Origin: Toensbergia leucococca
Lineage: Eukaryota
Assembly: GCA_022813965.1 (NCBI GenBank)
Contig: JALDZS010000209.1
Span: 1-39,403, forward strand
Length of the DNA stretch: 39,403 nt
Direction: 5' to 3'
Below, in pieces: positions 32,457 to 39,403 of this stretch; position 1 is the first letter of the stretch, and each line of letters begins with the position of its first letter. A model generated the notes under the pieces. It ran no database searches, was not told the DNA's origin, and worked only from the letters and a program-made list of their open reading frames with translations. The position numbers were made by a program, and so were the translations under genes.

Positions 32457-34403
32457 TTATACAAGGACGTAGAGAGAGCACATCTGGACACGGTATTAGT
32501 TCTACGGCTTCGAGCTTACGGTCGAGAGTAGAAGCTACTCACGATGGACAACCCAAGAATCATCGAGATCCAAAAACACACATTCTGAAAATCATGAGTC
32601 AATCTAGTGTCCACAGCAACATCGCACGAGATACCTCAGACTCACATTGAACAACGTGCGTCCCCTAACGAACTTCGTCCGTTGGAGCATCACGATCGGC
32701 ATCTGCAGCATCATAGCCACAGCTCCATACCCGCGCAGCTTCTTAGTAATGCACCCCATCACTAGTTCGTGACCGACGGCGCTGATGAGGAAAGTGATGA
32801 CTGTTGCCATGGTCCGTGAGACGTAAGGGGTTGAGGCGGCGTAGACGTGGCGGCGGAGGAAGTTGTGAACGGGGATGTTCCATTCTCGGGAGAATTCAAG
32901 CCTGGATGAGGAGATTAGCTGATTGAGGTACCTAGATGAGTGACTGGCTTGATTCTGGAGAGAGGGTTTTGTACCAATCGCAAGAATTCCACCAGTCAGA
33001 GTAAAAGTGGCGGTCTGCAAAACAGGTGATTTCGGCAAAGGCACCGAGGATATACTCGAATATGACCAGAAAAACGAGGAGGAATGTGACCATGAAGGGG
33101 AATAGGAGCATGCTTATGCTCTCAGCTAAGATGAGAGCCATTTCGGAGAGGCTTTGAACGCCCTCGAGGCGGAGAGCGGAGTCAGCAAGAACAGGGACAA
33201 TGAATTCTTCGCTGGTGATAGTTAGGAGGAAGATGCAGCCAAACACGGCAAGAGTTTTCCAGAACAGCTCCATCCACTGTCTTTTGGGTGTGCGGGGATA
33301 CTCGAGCTCGTAGCAGAGGGTAGGGCAAAGAATGTAATCCACATAATTCATAAATGTGAGGTTTTGTGGATAAGTGACACGGCCCAAGGGAGAGGTGAGT
33401 TCTAGGGCTAAAGCTTCTCGTAATTTTGTCAGGGCTTCTTCTTGGTCTTCGGTTTTTTTCTCTTCCGCCCCTGAGTCTATTTCATCAGGCTGGGTATTTG
33501 CGCTGGGATATCGTACTGCTGCAGCAGTCGAAGCGGTCTCTGGATTATCTAGGGCCGACAGACGATGCTCTGTCGTACTTAGATGTCCATTGTAGAAAGC
33601 GTAGGAATGCATTTTCATTAAAAAAACCAAGGTATGCAGCGTAAAGAAAACTTGGGCTGTCCAAGTCCAGTTTAGCATGAACGGCCAACTGCGATCATTA
33701 GCAAGACCACTTATAGTGAAGGAGAGTCTCGGAGGCATACTTGATCCAAAGTCCTAACCAAGTTATCTCGAAGACAGTCTGAATAGGCATCCCGAGAATT
33801 CCCCACCTAAACCATCCGTTGCTTCTGAACATTCTTTGCAATGCCAAGCTCAAGCCTGTACTTTCTACCATAATTAGGTCACTGAGCCCTAGTTGCCACG
33901 TATTTGCCGTCAAAAGAGCCCACACTTGAACACGTAAAGGATATCCAGTATCTTTGATATTACGGAGCATTGTGGTAATGACCATGATGGCAAGCCCAAT
34001 CCAGAAGAGAACGAAGAAACCCCGGAAGTCTCGGTAGTCACTCCTTGGGTCGAAATGAGATACGCGTGCAGCATAATTGATTGTAGGAAACATGCGATGC
34101 TTCTGCTGAGCACGTATGTGTTTACGAGCAGAGGATATTGACTGCACTGAAGGAGGGGCATCTGGAGGGATAGGCGTGGACCGGCCGCTGTGAATATGAT
34201 TAGCGGTTGCCAAGGAGGTAGATGTGGATAGCAAAGCCAAACCTAGTGAGGCCTGATGGCGGTGCTGAGGGCCCAACATTGGGTTTGAGACCTTCTTCAT
34301 GGCTCAGAGCTCGGAGCACCATAGGGTTTCCTGGTTTGACAGGTCGAGGACGTAGGATGTTATCGGCTCCATCAGCATCTTGAGAGGAAGTAAAGGCTGC
34401 CAT
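32457..34403 (-). CDS. ARE2: Sterol O-acyltransferase (ACAT/Are, MBOAT family); multi-exon
   Basis: MKMHSY, PTLCYELEYPRT, FADRHFYSDWWNS, FSREWNIPVHNFLRRHVY, SAVGHELVM (catalytic His); terminal exons NVCFWISMILGLSI / MCSLYVLV*. Confidence 0.94.
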
Positions 34404-34857
34404 GACTGAAGTTAAATGTGTTGCTGCAAGAGCAACTGCTCATTTATATCATAAACATTAGGCGATGGTGAGGATTTTTTGAGAAGACTGTGATGAAAGC
34501 AGCTGGAGAATTAGCAAGCAACAATGTCAGCGACAAGCTTCATAAGCATTTAAAGACCTGTCAGGTTGGGAGGATTGCATATTGACGTTACAGGAACTGG
34601 CCAGGTAAACCGTTTCCCAAGCCTCCCGCCGACGTCACGCTCTCAGCCGCCTGCACCTCATCTCGTAGGGCTGATCTTTTTAGTGAGCATTTAGGGCTTG
34701 CGGCCACCAAATTTAGTCTGCCCTTTACCCAATTCGGCATGCTACAACCAACGCACAAACTTGTGCGACTCCGAGATGAGATGACTCAGATGAGGTTTCC
34801 TGGAGAGCAATTCTGAGCAGACCCCCCCTGCAATGAGCTGGGGTCCGTGAGACCGCC

Positions 34858-37608
34858 ATGAGTTCTTGTAAGCCTGGTGACTACTGCAAGAAGAGAGCTG
34901 CCATTAACGTCCACTCCAGTGAAACAATTCATCCGCAGTGTACGTGCCTCGAAAACCATAGCTGACGAAAGGGCCGTCGTGCAAAAGGAAAGTGCCGCCA
35001 TACGTTCAAGCTTCAGGGAAGAAAGTGGCGATTCGAATATAAGGTCCGTTCCACGGCAGTCTTGAAGCAAGATGGTCAGACGCTGAATAAGACGCAGGAG
35101 GAATAACGTTGCTAAGCTCTTATACCTGTTCACTCTGGGGGAACGGACGCACTTCGGTCAGATAGAATGCCTCAAGTTGTTGGCGTCGCCGCGTTTTGCG
35201 GACAAGAGGTTAGGCTATCTGGGGACAATGTTACTCTTAGACGAGAATCAAGAAGTCTTGACCCTTGTCACTAATTCCCTAAAGAAGTGAGGCGCTATGC
35301 TCCTCCTGAGAGGGAACCCATCACTGATGCGTGTGTGCAGCGACTTAAACCATTCAAATCAGTATGTTGTCGGCCTAGCTCTTTGCACCCTAGGCAACAT
35401 TGCCTCTATCGAAATGTCCAGAGACCTTTTTTCCGAGATCGAGAACCTGTTGTCCACCTCGAATCCTTACATACGTCGGAAAGCTGCCTTGTGTGCTATG
35501 AGAATATGCCGCAAGGTCCCTGATCTTCAAGAACACTTCTTGGAAAAGGCCAAGCTACTTTTATCGGATCGAAATCATGGCGTACTACTTTGTGGCCTCA
35601 CTCTTGTCACAAGCATGTGCGAGGCAGATGAGCTAGAGGGTGGTGAAGAGGGAATTGTTGAAATGTTTAGACCGCTCACCGGGGGCTTGGTCAGGACACT
35701 GAAGGGTCTAGCAAGCTCCGGATACACACCAGAACATGACGTTACCGGCGTCACGGACCCCTTCCTGCAGGTCAAGATTCTCAGATTACTCCGGGTTCTA
35801 GGGCGGGGAGACACACAAACAAGCGAACAGGTCAATGATATCTTGGCGCAAGTATCTACCAATACCGACTCATCGAAGAATGTTGGGAACTCGATCCTCT
35901 ACGAAGCAGTCCTCACTATTCTTGATATTGAAGCAGACTCGGGCCTACGGGTACTCGGTGTTAATATACTTGGCAAATTTCTTGCAAACAAAGACAACAA
36001 CATACGATATGTGGCTCTCAATACCCTCATCAAGGTCGTTGCCGTGGAACCAAATGCCGTCCAGCGACACAGAAACACTATTCTCGAGTGTTTACGAGAT
36101 CCAGATATCAGCATACGAAGACGAGCTCTTGACCTCAGTTTTACTTTGATTAACGAGGGCAATGTAAGGGTACTAATACGGGAGCTACTTGCTTTCCTCG
36201 AGGTAGCAGACAACGAATTCAAGCCAATCATGACCAGCCAGATTGGTGTTGCAGCTGATCGGTTTGCACCCAATAAAAGGTGGCATGTTGATACTATGCT
36301 TAGGGTACTGAAGTTGGCCGGGAATTACGTGAAAGAACAAATACTCTCTTCTTTCGTGCGCTTGATTGCTACGACTCCAGACCTCCAGACGTACTCGGTC
36401 CAGAAACTTTACGCAAGTTTGAAAGAAGACATCACACAAGAGGGATTGACACTAGCGGGTGCATGGGTAATTGGTGAGTACGGAGATGCCTTGCTACGGG
36501 GTGGGCAATATGAAGAGGAAGAGTTGGTACGTGAGGTCAAAGAAAGTGACATTGTGGACTTGTTTTCGACCATCCTTGGTAGCAGCTATTCTACTCAAGT
36601 TGCTACCGAGTACATTATCACTTCTGCGATGAAACTCAGCGCACGATTCAATGATCCGGCACAGACTGATCGAATACGGAGATTACTCTCCAGCCGTACA
36701 GCGGACCTCAATGTAGAAATCCAGCAGAGAGCGGTCGAGTATGGTAATCTCTTTGGCTATGACGAGATTCGAAGAGGTGTGCTTGAGAGGATGCCTCCTC
36801 CAGAGATTCGAGAAGAGCAACGAGTATTAGGCGAAGCGACACCTAAGCAGAAGAAAGCAGCCGCAAAAGGTCGAAAACTGGGAAAGCAAACGGAGCAAGA
36901 TATGCTGTTAGACCTAATGGGTGGCTCAGAATTCGCAGCTACGGATCTCAGTGCTACAACTAACGGATCCCAAAACAACGCAGACCTTCTCGCAGATATC
37001 TTAGGTGGTGGTAATTCCATATCGCCAGCACCTGTGCAACCAAGTCGAGGTAATACCGACTCCATCATGGACCTATTCAGTTCCCAACCTCCAGCGACTT
37101 CCAATGGCTTCTCCTCGCCGCCTCCGCAGCAACACTCCTCAGCCTCGGCCGATCTCTTCAGCTCTCTCTCTTCAGCACCACAGCAAGCGTCTACCCCATC
37201 CACCAGTAGCCCTGCACCTCACCAAGCGTATGACAAAAATGGCCTGAGTCTTCAATTACAAATACAGCGCAGCGCAGGGACTGCCCAGATCCTGGCCAGA
37301 TTTCGAAACTCGAATAATTTTGATCAATTTTTCGGTGTTGGACTGCAAGCGGCCGTCCCTAAATCTCAGAAATTGCAGCTTAATGGTATTAGTAAGGCGG
37401 AGCTAGATGGAGGTGAGGAGGCAACACAGCAGATGAGGATCTCTGCAGTCAGTGGTGTAGGTATTTTCTTGTATGATTTGAAGAGGGTTCTTGCTGACGA
37501 TTCAAAAAGGCACTGCCCACTCGGCTCAGGCTGCGGTTAAAAGTTAGCTATACGAAGGATGGGATGGGTCAGATTGTGGATCAAGTGGATTGGTCTGAAC
37601 CGTCATGA
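34858..37608 (+). CDS. APL4: AP-1 adaptor complex gamma subunit; 5 exons
   Basis: [72 protein letters not shown]; hinge with LLDL-type motifs; GAE ear [12 protein letters not shown]...[13 protein letters not shown] at 37606-37608. Confidence 0.96.
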
Positions 37609-38915
37609 ATGTAGCTCTAGATGTGAATTACTGATACCAACAACATTACTGCGACAGTAGGTGGCACGATGATAAGGTGGAATTGAAAGCTCACTTTGAT
37701 ACCCACTTTGCACGATGGCGTCTGACGTTGGGAATGCTTACCTTACTGGCGGCGTGCAAAGAAATTATACGTCTGTCACAGTTCCTCTAGCCAAACCCCT
37801 AGACGTGTGGGATAGGGCTATTACCCTAGTTTTATACCCTTTTCAGTACTAGTCATTGTGTAGCGTAGAACTAGGCGAGCTGCATAGTATTTGTGAGCTC
37901 ACATGTAGATAATTTTTTCCACATACTAGAATTCTACCTAGGCTATTCTGCAACCAACTATCAGACCCTGAAAACCTCTTAGGAGGCAAAGGTTTTCTCG
38001 AAATGCTTGCAACCACTTGCAGAAGCCTCCCCAGTACGAAAGTGGAAACAACATACTTACGAATAACGCGTTCTACCATTAGCAGTGGGAGGGAAAGAAT
38101 ACCAGCGTCATTTCATCCACGCTTCAGTCACCCCTGGTGTAGGTAGATGGATGGTGGGCGGCTGAACAGATTTGTGAGTCAGGCCTCGTCAATTCCTAGT
38201 TGACAAGATGGGACCAAGTGAATCAGTCATGCCTGCTTCCAGTCCTCTGGTGCAAGCGCCACCATGCCTGCTGGTGACGACTTACTTTGATGCCGGTGAA
38301 ATCAGTTTGCGTCCTAAAAAGGGATACCTGTTGTTGTCCAGATGTGTTTCCACTTAAGACTCGTCAGACGCCAACAGACTAGACTGTACGGAGATCTTAG
38401 TGCAGCAAAGTAACGGCAAGCCCTCCATCACAAGGAAATTATCCGACCAGCACTCCCGACGATGGTGATAGCCGTTGTTGAAGTCGAGGACCATCGAGAA
38501 TGTTTCTGTTGACATGTGTTCAAAACCTTGTTGACCCCCTCTCTTCATTATTCTATTATTTACAGTCTTCCAATCTCCATGTTTTCTCTTTCCTCTGGTC
38601 TTCCACATCATCTTCCAAATGGTCTTCGACGGCTTTTGCTGTGAACTTTTCACCCAGCCCTAAATTGATCGAGCTCTGCCTCTTTAAGAACTTATTCGGT
38701 CAGGTGCAGGCAAGAAGTCTTCCATCTACTCCGGCGAATGCCCAAAGCATTCGCAATGTCCAGGTAAACATTCGGTTATCTGTTCTCATTTGGTCAAATC
38801 TAATTGCTGCCTGCAGGATGGCATTGAAACTCCATTAACTTTTCGCTGTTGCTTTTTCACTTATGCTTTATACATTCGCTTGCTACTGTAGCCTTCTATC
38901 AGTACATTTGCTGAA

Positions 38916-39036
38916 GCAAGAGATCTCTTAAACTCACAATCGCTTTACAATATAACCGTCGATACACTCGCTCACGCAAGAGATCTCCTGAGCCCACATT
39001 CGCTTTCCGCAATATTATCGTCCTCCCACTCACTCA
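38916..39036. repeat. Diverged 60-bp tandem duplication
   Basis: gcaagagatctcttaaactcacaatcgctttacaatataaccgtcgatacactcgctca (38916) versus gcaagagatctcctgagcccacattcgctttccgcaatattatcgtcctcccactcactca (38976). Confidence 0.8.
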
Positions 39037-39155
39037 ATCACTGCAAAGTTGTCGCACTTTTACTTGTTTGTTCGTAACCTCGAAACCCAAATCCTTCGTT
39101 TGAACCAGATCAAGACCCTTTCTCTCTTCCTTTCGCTCAAGCCGCACGATACGCC

Positions 39156-39403
39156 ATGGCCGTCATCGCTCAATCCGATTCCCTCCTAACATCCGTCCCT
39201 CAATCTTCTCCTCGCAAATGGTGCGAAGGCCTCGAAAATTCGTCTCTGATCATCCCAGATGCAAATCGCGAGGCTGCTCTTATACTGTGCAAGATTTCAC
39301 GCGATCAAGCACCTTTCCCTGATAGCGAACCAAACGCTTGGGGCTCTACCCTCGAGGCTGCTAATACCCTGCTAGACATTTCGTTACATCCTCGGGACTT
39401 CAG
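39156..39403 (+). CDS. 5' part of a hypothetical protein, truncated by the window end
   Basis: ATG in a strong context (cgccATGg) after a pyrimidine-rich leader. The frame is open to the end: MAVIAQSDSLLTSVPQSSPRKWCEGLENS...EAALILCKIS...EAANTLLDISLHPRDF. Confidence 0.45.
   Translation, partial: MAVIAQSDSLLTSVPQSSPRKWCEGLENSSLIIPDANREAALILCKISRDQAPFPDSEPNAWGSTLEAANTLLDISLHPRDF

Noticed and set aside
38354..38838. Charged minus-strand ORF fragments downstream of APL4
   Set aside because: Multiple stops and no recognisable family; too weak to call even as a pseudogene.

Overview
Intron-containing DNA from a filamentous ascomycete (Pezizomycotina; species not determinable from the sequence). 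The window has two parts. (1) A dense block of conserved housekeeping genes: MKK1-type MAPKK at the left end, then from about 19.7 kb GRR1, a PTS2-bearing acyl-CoA synthetase, RPL16/uL13, a small methyltransferase-fold protein, the PFF1 M28 peptidase, a Ubl-BAG co-chaperone, ARE2 and APL4. (2) An accessory interval of about 17.5 kb between MKK1 and GRR1. It holds only two apparently intact genes: a D-2-hydroxyacid dehydrogenase and an NLR-like immune receptor (SesB-like alpha/beta-hydrolase + NB-ARC + TPR) with near-identical 126-bp repeats and a GC-AG intron. The rest is a transition-rich alcohol dehydrogenase pseudogene, several decayed ORF relics, a 436-bp MITE-like element with 27-bp terminal inverted repeats, and a CpG-depleted AT-rich relic. 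The most interesting observations are the NLR architecture and its splice options, a candidate non-AUG-initiated membrane-anchor extension on the BAG protein, and the MITE. All product calls come from motifs recognised by eye; no database search was run.
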